A DNA stretch of 64,000 bases, from positions 785 through 64,784 of the forward strand of contig JBDHWD010000004.1 of NCBI GenBank assembly GCA_039810005.1, in the 5' to 3' direction. Below, in pieces: positions 17,653 through 27,113 of the stretch. The stretch's first letter is position 1; each line of letters opens with the position of its first letter. The notes below the pieces were generated by a model. That model was not told where the DNA came from. It did no database searches and saw nothing but the letters and a program-made list of their open reading frames with translations. A program made the position numbers and the translations under genes. Source of the DNA: Thermomicrobiales bacterium (lineage in GTDB: Bacteria > Chloroflexota > Chloroflexia > Thermomicrobiales > CFX8).

Positions 17653-18186
17653 TTGGCAGAGCGACGATTCGATTTTGATGATGTTGACCGTTCGGACGCG
17701 GAAGCGATAGGTGAGCCGGGTCAGCGAACGTTCCGCATGATCTTCGGAGCGGCCTCCGATACCGTCGTCCTGTGGTTAGAGAAGCAGCAGCTTCAGGCGC
17801 TCGGCATGGCGTTCGAGCAGATGATCGCGCAGCTGCGCGCAGCCGGTGTCGCCGCAGCGCGGGTCAGCGAGATCGAGCCAGATCCAGTCGGGCCGACGCC
17901 AGTTGTGAACGCCGAATTCCACGTCGGTCGGCTGGCGGTCGGGTTCGACGAGGAGCGCTCGCGGATCACGCTGTTCGTCCATGACATTGAGGCAGAAGAG
18001 GAGGATCCGCCGAGCGTTGTCGTTCGGCTGGAGCTCCAGCGTGCCCGCACGATGGCGACGCAGATCGAGCGCGTTGTGTCAGCCGGTCGTCCCACGTGCC
18101 CGCGCTGCGGTGCGCCGATCGGGCCCGAAGGACACGTCTGCCCACACGACAATGGCCACTTCCCACACCTGCTCGGGACGGTCTAA
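17653..18186 (+). CDS. DUF3090 family protein with C-terminal Zn-ribbon-like CPxCG...HxCP
   Basis: AIGEPGQRTF, LEKQQLQAL, EFHVGRLAVGFD, VVSAGRPTCPRCGAPIGPEGHVCPHDNGH; TTG start after GGAGAG. Confidence 0.85.
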   Translation: MAERRFDFDDVDRSDAEAIGEPGQRTFRMIFGAASDTVVLWLEKQQLQALGMAFEQMIAQLRAAGVAAARVSEIEPDPVGPTPVVNAEFHVGRLAVGFDEERSRITLFVHDIEAEEEDPPSVVVRLELQRARTMATQIERVVSAGRPTCPRCGAPIGPEGHVCPHDNGHFPHLLGTV

Positions 18187-18193
18187 CAACCGT

Positions 18194-18616
18194 TCATGCG
18201 AAGGCGTGCGCAGCCGCGTCCGCCTCGGCCAGCAGCGCGACCATGCGCAGCGTCTGACGCGCCATGCTCCTAACAAGCAGGCTGCCAATGAACGCGAAGC
18301 GCGAGCCTCGCTCGATCGCGAGCCGGACACGCGTCCGGCTCGCGTCGTTTTCGTCGATCTGCCACCGCCAACGAACGCCGCGAGCGAACCCTTTGATGGC
18401 CTGAACCTCGATGCAATTGCTCGCCGGAGCAGTTAGCCGGCAGACGCTCGTGAGCGGGACACCGTGCCAGGTCAGGCATACGCGATAGTCGTCAGGACCA
18501 ACCCGCTTGGCTGACTGAACGTGCGGAAACAGCCCCGGCCAGGCCTCCACGTCCCGAACAAGACGCTGGACCGCCAGCGCCGGCGCAGCAATCTCGGCGG
18601 TCAGCTCGGCACGCAC
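18194..18616 (-). CDS. SRPBCC/polyketide cyclase-like (START-fold) protein
   Basis: LVRDVEAWPGLFPHVQS and GVRWRWQI pattern; GTG 4 nt after the ggt stop. Confidence 0.7.
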   Translation of the reverse strand: MRAELTAEIAAPALAVQRLVRDVEAWPGLFPHVQSAKRVGPDDYRVCLTWHGVPLTSVCRLTAPASNCIEVQAIKGFARGVRWRWQIDENDASRTRVRLAIERGSRFAFIGSLLVRSMARQTLRMVALLAEADAAAHAFA

Positions 18617-18620
18617 GCGC

Positions 18621-20201
18621 TTACCAGCCGGCCGCAATCCCATCCGCACGCGGATCGGACGCGCCGCCGTAGGCTCCGCGCTCGCGATCGATGCGGATGC
18701 AGTGCGCGTGGCCCATCGCCGAATCCCACGCGTTGCCGACGACGACGCCGTGGCCCCGGGCGCGCAGATCAGCGATGGTCGCCTCGCCGACGCGCGGCTC
18801 GACGCGCACCCAGCGTGTGCGATCCGCATCTGCGCCGGACACCCAGCGCGGCGTCTCGATGACCTGCTGCGGCTCCAGCTCGAAATCGACCATGCCGAGC
18901 AGCATCTGAAGCTGCACCTGCGCCTGAGCGTCAGCGCCCATCGTCCCGAACACCCACTCCGGCTGGCCGTCGCGCAGCAGCATGGCCGGGATCAGCGTGT
19001 GATACGGACGCTTACCCGGCTGCAAGCAGTTGAGGTGGCTCGGATCGACTGAGAAGCCGCGACCGCGATTGTGGAACAGGACGCCCGCGCCCGGTGCAAG
19101 AACGCCCGAGCCGAAATTATTGTAGACGCTCTGGATCAACGAGACGGCCATGCCGTCGCGATCGACGACGCAGAGGTAGATCGTGTCGCCGTCCTGGAAG
19201 TCGCTGCCGTCGGGTCCGGTGCGCTCCAGGTCGATCTCGGCCCGCATCCGTGCCGCCACGTCCTTGTCGAGGAACTGCTCGACCTTTGGATCGGCCATGC
19301 GCGGGTCGGCAACGTACTGGTCGCGATGAGCGAACGCCTTGAGCTTCGCCTCGACCCAGGCGTGAATGCCCTTGCCGGTCGTGTGGCCGAACTCCGTCAC
19401 CGGCCAGCCCTCGACGATGTTGGCCATTAGCAGAACCGTCGGGCCCTGCGTGTTCGGCGGCATCTCGACGATGTCGTAGCCACGATAGGACGTTGAGATC
19501 GGTTCGACCCACTCCGGCTCGAACGCCGCGAAATCATCGAGCGTGATCGCCGAGCCGGCGTCCTGGAGCGTGGCGACCATGTCTGCCGCCACCTCGCCCT
19601 CGTAGAAGGCCCGCGCGCCTTCGATGCCGATGCGCTCCAGCGTCTTCGCCAGAGCCGGCTGGCGCATGATCTCGCCGGTACGTTTCGGTCCACCGAAGAC
19701 GCCTCGCGTACCCGGGTGGCCGTCCACGACATCGCGCAGACGCACGCACGCCTCGGCGAAGTTGCTGGCGATCGGCGCGCCGTCGCGGGCGTATGCAACA
19801 GCCGCAGACAGCACGCGATCGAGCGAGCGCGAGCCGAAACGATCCTGCAGCGCGGCCCAGCCGCCGACTGTTCCCGGCACGGTGACGGTCAGCCCACCGC
19901 GCTCGGGGATCTCATCGTGTCCGGCTGCGTGCAGATAGTCGAGGCTCATGCCGGCCGGCGCGGGCCCGGACGAGTTCAGGCCGAACACGCGTCGCTCGCC
20001 GGGGTGCCAGACCATCGCGAAGAGATCGCCGCCGGTGTGACACTGGTGCGGATAGACGACATTGAGCACAGCGTTGGCCGCAATCGCGGCATCGACGGCA
20101 TTGCCGCCCTCCTGCAGAATGCGCAAGCCCGCCTGGCTGGCGAGATAGTGCGGTGAAGCGACTACCCCATTCGTCGCCCACGTCGTCGGTCGTCCAGTCA
20201 C
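18621..20201 (-). CDS. ggt: Gamma-glutamyltransferase family protein (no signal peptide)
   Basis: GGNAVDAAIA, TVPGTV, PPNTQG, nucleophile Thr in GDTIYLCVVD, SLIQS, KRPYHTLIP, SDPRADG. Confidence 0.93.
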   Translation of the reverse strand: MTGRPTTWATNGVVASPHYLASQAGLRILQEGGNAVDAAIAANAVLNVVYPHQCHTGGDLFAMVWHPGERRVFGLNSSGPAPAGMSLDYLHAAGHDEIPERGGLTVTVPGTVGGWAALQDRFGSRSLDRVLSAAVAYARDGAPIASNFAEACVRLRDVVDGHPGTRGVFGGPKRTGEIMRQPALAKTLERIGIEGARAFYEGEVAADMVATLQDAGSAITLDDFAAFEPEWVEPISTSYRGYDIVEMPPNTQGPTVLLMANIVEGWPVTEFGHTTGKGIHAWVEAKLKAFAHRDQYVADPRMADPKVEQFLDKDVAARMRAEIDLERTGPDGSDFQDGDTIYLCVVDRDGMAVSLIQSVYNNFGSGVLAPGAGVLFHNRGRGFSVDPSHLNCLQPGKRPYHTLIPAMLLRDGQPEWVFGTMGADAQAQVQLQMLLGMVDFELEPQQVIETPRWVSGADADRTRWVRVEPRVGEATIADLRARGHGVVVGNAWDSAMGHAHCIRIDRERGAYGGASDPRADGIAAGW

Positions 20202-20347
20202 CTCGAAGCCTCCCCAAACTCCCAGCCCATCATCACCCTGTCTAGGGCGATGCTACCGGAGAGATGCAGACAGGACAATTGCGAGGATAATGACCACATA
20301 CCTTGCACCGGATCTGCGCACCACTGCGGCACCACAAGCGAAGAGAG

Positions 20348-21139
20348 ATGAAGGTCACGATGGACTACACAGCTGCGGCAGAGCGACTTGAGCAGGCATG
20401 GAGAACTCGCGAGCTGATCCAGCCGCTGAGCCGGAGCGCAGGTATGTCGACCATCGACGACGCCTATGCGGTGCAGAGTCAATGGACCGCGCTACGCGAG
20501 GCTGCTGGCGATCGGGTTCTCGGTCGCAAGATCGGGTTGACCAGCAAGGCCATGCAGGAGCAAGCAGGATTCGACCGACCGGACTTCGGACGCCTGTGGG
20601 CATCGCGCTACGTCGCTGCCGATGACGGCCAGGCGGAGATCGACACGAGCCTGTTTCTGCAACCGCGCATTGAGGGCGAAATTGCGTTTCTGCTCAAGGC
20701 ACCATTGCGAGGTGAGGTATCGATCGAAGAGGTGCTGGCAGCCACGGAAGCAGTCGCTCCATCGTTCGAGATCGTGGATAGCCGCTTCGAACGTCGCGAC
20801 TTCCAGGTCATCGACACGATTGCTGACAACGCCTCCTTCGGCGCGTTCACCATCGGGCAGTGGGGACAGGGGTTGCTGCGCGGCGACCTGCGCGACGTGC
20901 CGATGACGATGGAGCGCAACGGCGAAGTCGTCGTCACCGGCACCGGCGCGGACAGTCTCGGCCACCCGGCCAGCGCGGTTGCATGGCTGGCGGCAACGCT
21001 GGGCAGCTACGGTGAGGGTCTGCAAGCGGGAGACTGGATTCTCTCCGGCTCGCTCGGTCGGGCAATTCCTGTCAGTCGCGGCGACGTGTTCCGACTGTTG
21101 ATCGGTGAGGAACAGGCATTAGAGCTGACCTTCACCTGA
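20348..21139 (+). CDS. 2-keto-4-pentenoate hydratase-like protein (fumarylacetoacetate hydrolase superfamily)
   Basis: DDAYAVQ, GRKIGLTS, PDFGRL, PRIEGEIAF, EIVDSR, DTIADNAS, LGHPASAVAWLA, ILSGS. Confidence 0.9.
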   Translation: MKVTMDYTAAAERLEQAWRTRELIQPLSRSAGMSTIDDAYAVQSQWTALREAAGDRVLGRKIGLTSKAMQEQAGFDRPDFGRLWASRYVAADDGQAEIDTSLFLQPRIEGEIAFLLKAPLRGEVSIEEVLAATEAVAPSFEIVDSRFERRDFQVIDTIADNASFGAFTIGQWGQGLLRGDLRDVPMTMERNGEVVVTGTGADSLGHPASAVAWLAATLGSYGEGLQAGDWILSGSLGRAIPVSRGDVFRLLIGEEQALELTFT

Positions 21140-21455
21140 CCGGGCAGCCTGCTCGCAACCAGGCGTCTCTCGCTGAGGCTTGAATTCTCAGCATCAGGCG
21201 CAAGGTTCCAACCAGATTCTGCATGTTCGTCAAAATATTGTGCGGCTCGTCAGCGCCATATTGCCAGGCTCTGTCGTGTGCCAGTCGCCCTCGAAGCCTG
21301 CCATCGTGAACTGCGGTGAGAAACTTCTCCTGCGCAGGAATGTGTCGATCGGGTGAGAGAGTTCTCGGCTGCGCGGATGCCCCTTGGACGGCGGACGACA
21401 GCCCGCTGCGCCTCCCGTCGGTCGGCCCCGTCGTGCTGGTCGATTCATCGATCCT

Positions 21456-21484
21456 GTGACCACCTGTCATAGCGCGGCTATACT
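21456..21484 (+). promoter_or_regulatory. Putative sigma70 promoter of mutS-mutL
   Basis: GTGACC (21456-61), 17 bp spacer, TATACT (21479-84), 32 nt before the ATG. Confidence 0.55.
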
Positions 21485-21516
21485 GAACCCTCGTCACAGG
21501 GGGGCGCAGAGCGGTC

Positions 21517-24075
21517 ATGGTGATTACGCCGGCACGACAGCAGTATCTGCAACTGAAGGCCGAGCAGCCGGATGCGATCCTGCTCTTCCGGATGGGCGAC
21601 TTCTACGAGATGTTCGACGAGGATGCGCACACCGCAGCCCGCGTCCTCGGCATCACGCTGACGTCGCGCGAGTTCGGTCGTGGTGGCCGCGTGCCGATGG
21701 CCGGCATTCCGTATCACGCATTGAACGGCTATCTCCGCCGCTTCCTGCGCGCCGGCTACCGGCTGGCGATCTGCGAGCAGCTGTCGGAGCCGGGGAAGGG
21801 CCTCGTCGAACGCGGCATCACCCGCGTGCTTTCGCCCGGCACGATCGACGATCCAGCGCTGCTTGATGCCGGACGGCTGAACCTGCTCCTGTCGATCGTC
21901 ACCCACGGCGCATTGGTGGGCCTCGCCTGGGTCGATGTCTCCACCGGCGCCTGTGAGTACCGCGCACTGCCGGCAGATGATTCGGTTGGACTGGCCGCAT
22001 TCATCGATCAGCTGGACCCTGCCGAGATCGTCGGGCCTGAGTCGGACGACCTGGAGATTGACACACGCGTTGCCATTCGCCCAATCACCGGGGAGTGGAC
22101 GGTCGACTCCGCAACCCGCCTGCTGGCGAGTCGGTTCCCGGGTTGTGAGCCCATCCGTCCGGCTGGAGCGTTAGCTGTTGCTGTCCTCATTTCCTACCTG
22201 GAACACGGACAACCGGACCTGCTGAAGGCGCTGGAAGCGCCGCTGCCGTATCAGACCGACGGCATCATGGTGCTGGACCGCCAGACGCGGCTGAACCTGG
22301 AGATCGACCTGCGCTCGCGCGACCGCCACGATCTCTTCGGCCTGCTGAACCGCACGCACACTGCGCCAGGTGCGCGTCGGCTGCGCACGCTGCTCGACCG
22401 ACCGTTGCTGGATCGCAATGCGCTCGGCCGACGGTTGGACGCGATTGAGGAGCTGGTCGGCGATACGCCGCTCAGGTCGGGACTGGCGAAGGCGCTGAGC
22501 GGGTTGCTGGATCTGGAGCGCCTGGCGGCACGCATCGCGACCGGCGCTGCGCGAGCCAGCGAGCTGCTGGCGCTGGCCGAGACACTTGAGGGCGCAGAGC
22601 GAGTACGGGACGTACTGGGTGGCCGCGCCGAAACGGCATTGCTGGTCGAGCTGACCGCCGACATCGATGCGTTGCCTGCGATCAGGAGTCGCATTCGCGC
22701 TGAGCTGGACAACGGATCGTCACGGCTGCTACGCACCGGCATCGATCGACGGCTCGACCTGATTTACGCCGCCATCGACCGCGACCGCGACGGCATTGCT
22801 GCGATGGAGCGTAGCGAGCGCGAGCGAACCGGCATCCGCACGCTGAAGGTCGGCTACAACAAAGTCTTCGGCTACTACCTCGAGATCACGCGGGCGCACC
22901 GCGACAAAGCGCCGGACGACTACATCCGCAAGCAGACGCTGACGAACGCCGAGCGCTTCGTCACGCCAGCGCTCAAGGAGGCCGAGAGCCGCATTCTGGC
23001 CAACGAGGAGCGCGCGGCGGAGCTGGAGGCCGAGCTTTACGCACGGCTCGTTCGCGAGCTGGGCGACTCAGTCGCGACAATCCGGACGACCGCTGCGGCC
23101 CTGGCGACGATCGACGCGCTGGTCGCGCTCGCTACCGTCGCTGTCGAGCAACGCTTTGCCCGACCGGTACTGGATGACTCGACGGTGCTGCACATCGAAG
23201 GCGGACGGCATCCGATCGTCGAGCGTCAGCTCCCGTACGGCGAGTTCGTCCCCAACGACACGCGGCTGAGCGATGACGCGCCGGTCGTCATCCTGACCGG
23301 CCCGAACATGGCTGGGAAGTCGACATGGTTGCGGCAGGTGGCGCTGATTGTCTTCCTGGCGCAGGTCGGCTCGTTCGTTCCGGCAGACCGAGCGCGGATC
23401 GGTCTGGTCGATCGCATCTTCACCCGCATTGGCGCGCACGACGATCTGGCCAACGGGCGCTCGACGTTTATGGTCGAGATGCTGGAGACGGCGACGATCC
23501 TGCATCACGCGACCGAGCGCTCGCTGGTTGTGCTGGACGAGATCGGGCGCGGCACGAGTACTGAGGACGGCGTCGCGATTGCCGGTGCCGTTGTCGAGCA
23601 TCTGATCGAGCGTGTCGGTGCGCGGACACTCTTCGCCACGCACTTTCGCGAGCTGGCGGAGATCGCTGCCGATAATGAACGTGTCGCGGCCTTGCAGACG
23701 GCGATCGAGCAGCGCCCGGATGGTCTCGTCTTCCTGCATGCGATTGTGCCCGGCATCGCCGAAGCGGCATTCGGCCTGGAGATCGCACGGCTGGCGGGCC
23801 TGCCAACGGCGGTCATTCAGCGCGCGCAGACATCGTTCGGGAAGACGACCCGGGCAATCCCGACAGTTGCGGCGAAGACGACCAGCGCCGCCGACGTGGT
23901 GCGCGAGCGCATCGCGGACGATGTGCTGGCGGTCGACCTGGCCAACACAACGCCGCTGGCCGCGCTGAACCTCCTGGCGGAGTGGCAGCAGCGGCTGCGC
24001 GCCGCGACTGAGGAGCCGATTGGTCCACGCGCGTTGCTAGTCGCCGAAGACCAGCGCGCTGCGCAGGCGGACTGA
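21517..24075 (+). CDS. mutS: DNA mismatch repair protein MutS
   Basis: FRMGDFYEMF, PMAGIP, LKVGYNKVFGYYLE, QTLTNAERF, GPNMAGKS, RIFTRIGA, STFMVEM, LDEIGRGTS, FATHF. Confidence 0.97.
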   Translation: MVITPARQQYLQLKAEQPDAILLFRMGDFYEMFDEDAHTAARVLGITLTSREFGRGGRVPMAGIPYHALNGYLRRFLRAGYRLAICEQLSEPGKGLVERGITRVLSPGTIDDPALLDAGRLNLLLSIVTHGALVGLAWVDVSTGACEYRALPADDSVGLAAFIDQLDPAEIVGPESDDLEIDTRVAIRPITGEWTVDSATRLLASRFPGCEPIRPAGALAVAVLISYLEHGQPDLLKALEAPLPYQTDGIMVLDRQTRLNLEIDLRSRDRHDLFGLLNRTHTAPGARRLRTLLDRPLLDRNALGRRLDAIEELVGDTPLRSGLAKALSGLLDLERLAARIATGAARASELLALAETLEGAERVRDVLGGRAETALLVELTADIDALPAIRSRIRAELDNGSSRLLRTGIDRRLDLIYAAIDRDRDGIAAMERSERERTGIRTLKVGYNKVFGYYLEITRAHRDKAPDDYIRKQTLTNAERFVTPALKEAESRILANEERAAELEAELYARLVRELGDSVATIRTTAAALATIDALVALATVAVEQRFARPVLDDSTVLHIEGGRHPIVERQLPYGEFVPNDTRLSDDAPVVILTGPNMAGKSTWLRQVALIVFLAQVGSFVPADRARIGLVDRIFTRIGAHDDLANGRSTFMVEMLETATILHHATERSLVVLDEIGRGTSTEDGVAIAGAVVEHLIERVGARTLFATHFRELAEIAADNERVAALQTAIEQRPDGLVFLHAIVPGIAEAAFGLEIARLAGLPTAVIQRAQTSFGKTTRAIPTVAAKTTSAADVVRERIADDVLAVDLANTTPLAALNLLAEWQQRLRAATEEPIGPRALLVAEDQRAAQAD

Positions 24076-25694
24076 TGGCGATCCGCGTTCTCCCGCCTCC
24101 GCTCGTCCAGCGCATCGCCGCCGGTGAGGTGATCACGCAGCCGCGTGCGGCGGTCCGCGAACTGATCGACAACGCGCTCGATGCCGGATCCACCCGGGTG
24201 GAAGTCGAGATCGCGGCCGGTGGCTACAACCTGATCGTCGTCCACGACAACGGGCACGGTATTGCCGCCGATGACGGCGACCTCCTCTTCGCTCGCCACG
24301 CCACCAGCAAGCTGGCGAGCGCCGATGGGCTGGACGCGGTGACGACGCTCGGCTTCCGCGGCGAAGCACTCGCCAGCCTGGCGACTATCGGCGAGGTCGA
24401 GATCAGCACGCGCCATAGCAATGAACAGGTCGGTTTCCGCATCACGAGTGGTGGTGCGCGCTCGCCGATCGCACGGCAGGCTGGGACGACAGTGACCGTC
24501 CGGCAGCTGTTCTCGCGCTACCCGGTACGACGCGAGGCAGCGACGCCAGTGACTGAAGCACGGGCCATCCGGCGCGTGCTCACGCACCTGGCGCTGATCC
24601 ATCCAGAGATCGGCTGGGTACTGCGCATCGACGGGCGCGTGGCGCTGCTGACGACCGGCGGCGGGCTGCGGGATGTCATCGCAACGCTGGAGGGCGACCG
24701 CTCGCGGCATCTGCTGGAGGTCGGGCCGCTGGAGGTGGACGGAGCATGTATCCGGGGCCTGGCTGATGGACCGAACCCGGCCAGCGGACGTGGAGACGGC
24801 ATCGTCCTGTCGGTCAACGGGCGACTGTGCGATGTGCCGGAGATTCGGCGCGCAATCGCTCGCGCGTACGCCGATGTGCTGCCGCGCCAGCGGACGCCGC
24901 GCGTCATCCTGACGATTGAGGTCGATCCGGCGCGGGTCGATGCGAACGTCCATCCAGCGAAGGAGCGCGTTGCCATCCACGATGTCGCGGCGATCACTGG
25001 CCCGCTGGTCGACGAGCTGAGGGCAATGCTCGGGCGGACTGCGCACAGCGTCAGCGGCCAGCGCTCATTGGCGCTCGATCTGGGTCGGCTAACCGGCATG
25101 GGTGTTGCCGAGGACCGCAGTCCCTATCACGCCGATGGTTGGCAGACGCGCGACATCCCGGCAGGCTCGCTCCCGGCGTTGCGAGTGGTTGGGCAGATCG
25201 CTGACACGCTGATTGTCTGTGAGTCGGAGATCGGCACGTTACTGATTGATCAGCACCGTGCCCACGAGCGCGTCATCTACGAACGGCTGCTGGCCGGCGA
25301 ATCGGTTGAAGCTGACGAGCCGGCGCGCATCGCTATTCCGCCGCGCCTGGTGTCGGCGCTCGAAGCGTGCGCAATCGATGCGCAACAGGCTGGCTGGCGC
25401 TGGAGTGAGTTCGGGCTGGATGACGTGCTGGTGACGGCCACGCCGCCGGAAATGGACCCGGGCGACCTGCCGGACGTGCTGGCCCAGCTGGCCACTGAGC
25501 CGAAGCATGACATGGCGGCGGCGACTGCCTGCCACGCTGCGCTGCGAAAGCGGCGGCCTCTGTCGCCGACGACGGCCGTCGCATTGGTCGAGGCGCTAAC
25601 GCAGACGCAAACACCGGCGACCTGCCCGCACGGCCAGCCGATCATTCTTAACCTCGACCGTGACTTCCTGGAGCGGCAGTTCGGCTGGCGCTGA
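24075..25694 (+). CDS. mutL: DNA mismatch repair endonuclease MutL
   Basis: IAAGEVI, ELIDNALDAG, DNGHGI, RHATSK, LGFRGEALAS, DANVHPAK, DQHRAHERVIYE, ACH, CPHGQP; TGATG coupling to mutS. Confidence 0.95.
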   Translation: MAIRVLPPPLVQRIAAGEVITQPRAAVRELIDNALDAGSTRVEVEIAAGGYNLIVVHDNGHGIAADDGDLLFARHATSKLASADGLDAVTTLGFRGEALASLATIGEVEISTRHSNEQVGFRITSGGARSPIARQAGTTVTVRQLFSRYPVRREAATPVTEARAIRRVLTHLALIHPEIGWVLRIDGRVALLTTGGGLRDVIATLEGDRSRHLLEVGPLEVDGACIRGLADGPNPASGRGDGIVLSVNGRLCDVPEIRRAIARAYADVLPRQRTPRVILTIEVDPARVDANVHPAKERVAIHDVAAITGPLVDELRAMLGRTAHSVSGQRSLALDLGRLTGMGVAEDRSPYHADGWQTRDIPAGSLPALRVVGQIADTLIVCESEIGTLLIDQHRAHERVIYERLLAGESVEADEPARIAIPPRLVSALEACAIDAQQAGWRWSEFGLDDVLVTATPPEMDPGDLPDVLAQLATEPKHDMAAATACHAALRKRRPLSPTTAVALVEALTQTQTPATCPHGQPIILNLDRDFLERQFGWR

Positions 25695-25723
25695 CAGGCA
25701 CTCTTTGCCCGTTTCTGGCGATA

Positions 25724-25752
25724 TTGACACGGCAAACCGGCGCTGATAGGTT
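25724..25752 (+). promoter_or_regulatory. Putative sigma70 promoter of the M24 peptidase gene
   Basis: TTGACA (25724-29), 17 bp spacer, TAGGTT with extended -10 TGn. Confidence 0.6.
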
Positions 25753-25809
25753 GACCTCCCACGCACGGCATTTGGCGCGACGCCCGGCAGCGCCGCAGAG
25801 GAGGACGGC

Positions 25810-26913
25810 ATGGACTTGAGTAGCATTTCGCAACGTATCGCAAAAGCGCAGGAGCTGATGGCCGAGCGCGGCCTCGACTTCCTGTTCGTCGCGCCGTCTT
25901 CCGACATGATCTATATGTTCGACGGGCCATCACATGCGAGCGAGCGGCTGGCGCTCGTCATCATCCCGCAGAGTGGTCGACCGGAGGTCGTTGTCCCGCA
26001 GCTGGAGTATTCGCGATTCGCCGACAAAGCCTCGATCGCCGGTATCCACACCTGGCCGGAGACGGCCCAGCCGGTCGATCTGGTCGCCGAGCTCCTGAGC
26101 GGAATCGAGAAGCCGAAGGTCGCGATCAGCGACAAGATGTGGAGCGTCTTCCTCGTCCGCATGCTCGAAGCCATCCCCGACGCGACCTACAGCAGCGCGA
26201 CACCGATCATCCGCGAACTGCGGATGGTGAAGGACGAGGACGAGATCGAGAAGCTGCGGATCGCTGCGGCAGCGGCAGATCGCGCCTGGGACGAGTTCGC
26301 AACCACGGCCAGCATCATTGGCAAGACTGAGCGAGAAGCGGCGACGATGCTTACCGAATTGCGTCGGAAGCATGGGCTGGACATCACCGGCATCGGCATC
26401 TGCGCCAGCGGTCCGAACGGGGCCAACCCGCATCACTCAACCGGCGACCGCGTGTTGCAGGAGGGCGACGCTGTCGTGTTCGACTTCGGCGGGACGATCG
26501 ATAACTACCACGCCGATGTCACCCGTACCGTCTTCCTCGGCGAGCCGACCGACGAGTATCGCAAGGTCTACGAGATTGTCCTGCAGGCGAACCGCGAGGC
26601 GGTTGGCGCATATCGGCTCGGCAACACCTGTCAGGATGTCGACCGGGTTGCGCGCAAGATCATCACCGACGCGGGCTACGGCGAGTACTTCATCCACCGA
26701 CTCGGACACGGGCTCGGTCTTGATGGCCACGAAGAGCCGTATCTCGTTGAGGGCAACGATTTGCCGCTGCGCGTCGGCATGGTCTTCAGCGATGAGCCGG
26801 GGATCTACCTGCCGGGCAAATTCGGTGTGCGCATCGAGGATTCCGTCGTCGTGCGGGAGGATGGCGGCGAGGTTATCAACCACAGCAACCGCGAGCTAAC
26901 GGTGATGTCGTAG
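25810..26913 (+). CDS. Xaa-Pro peptidase (M24 family)
   Basis: LRMVKDEDEI, NPHH, FDFGG, ADVTRT, HRLGHGLGLDGHEEP, SDEPGIY, GVRIED; GAGGAGG SD. Confidence 0.95.
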   Translation: MDLSSISQRIAKAQELMAERGLDFLFVAPSSDMIYMFDGPSHASERLALVIIPQSGRPEVVVPQLEYSRFADKASIAGIHTWPETAQPVDLVAELLSGIEKPKVAISDKMWSVFLVRMLEAIPDATYSSATPIIRELRMVKDEDEIEKLRIAAAAADRAWDEFATTASIIGKTEREAATMLTELRRKHGLDITGIGICASGPNGANPHHSTGDRVLQEGDAVVFDFGGTIDNYHADVTRTVFLGEPTDEYRKVYEIVLQANREAVGAYRLGNTCQDVDRVARKIITDAGYGEYFIHRLGHGLGLDGHEEPYLVEGNDLPLRVGMVFSDEPGIYLPGKFGVRIEDSVVVREDGGEVINHSNRELTVMS

Positions 26914-27113
26914 GCCGAGAAGAGCGTTCGTACGGCCAACGTGCAGGAGATCGGCGTATACAGAAACAGCAGCGTACGCCTTGCGAAGTCGTAAGCCGGT
27001 TAATCGTGCTTCACGCATCTCTTCGCCACACGTACCCCTGCGGAGCTTGACGGAACGATGCCTTTGGGGGGCGCAGAGCCACCCGCAGGCAACAAGCATT
27101 GGGGAGACCATCA

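Noticed and set aside
21132-21518. 128-aa and 77-aa minus-strand ORFs and a possible LexA box upstream of mutS
   Set aside because: No SD or protein motif, and they overlap the mutS promoter. No clean GAAC-N4-GTTC site was found.
25728-25780. GGCAAACC resembling the start of a c-di-GMP-I riboswitch
   Set aside because: It lacks the GNRA-capped P2 and GACGCAAA elements and is better explained as the promoter spacer.
27037-27089. CCTGCGG/CCGCAGG stem in the SBP leader as a possible riboswitch
   Set aside because: A single 7-bp GC stem with no recognisable aptamer consensus.
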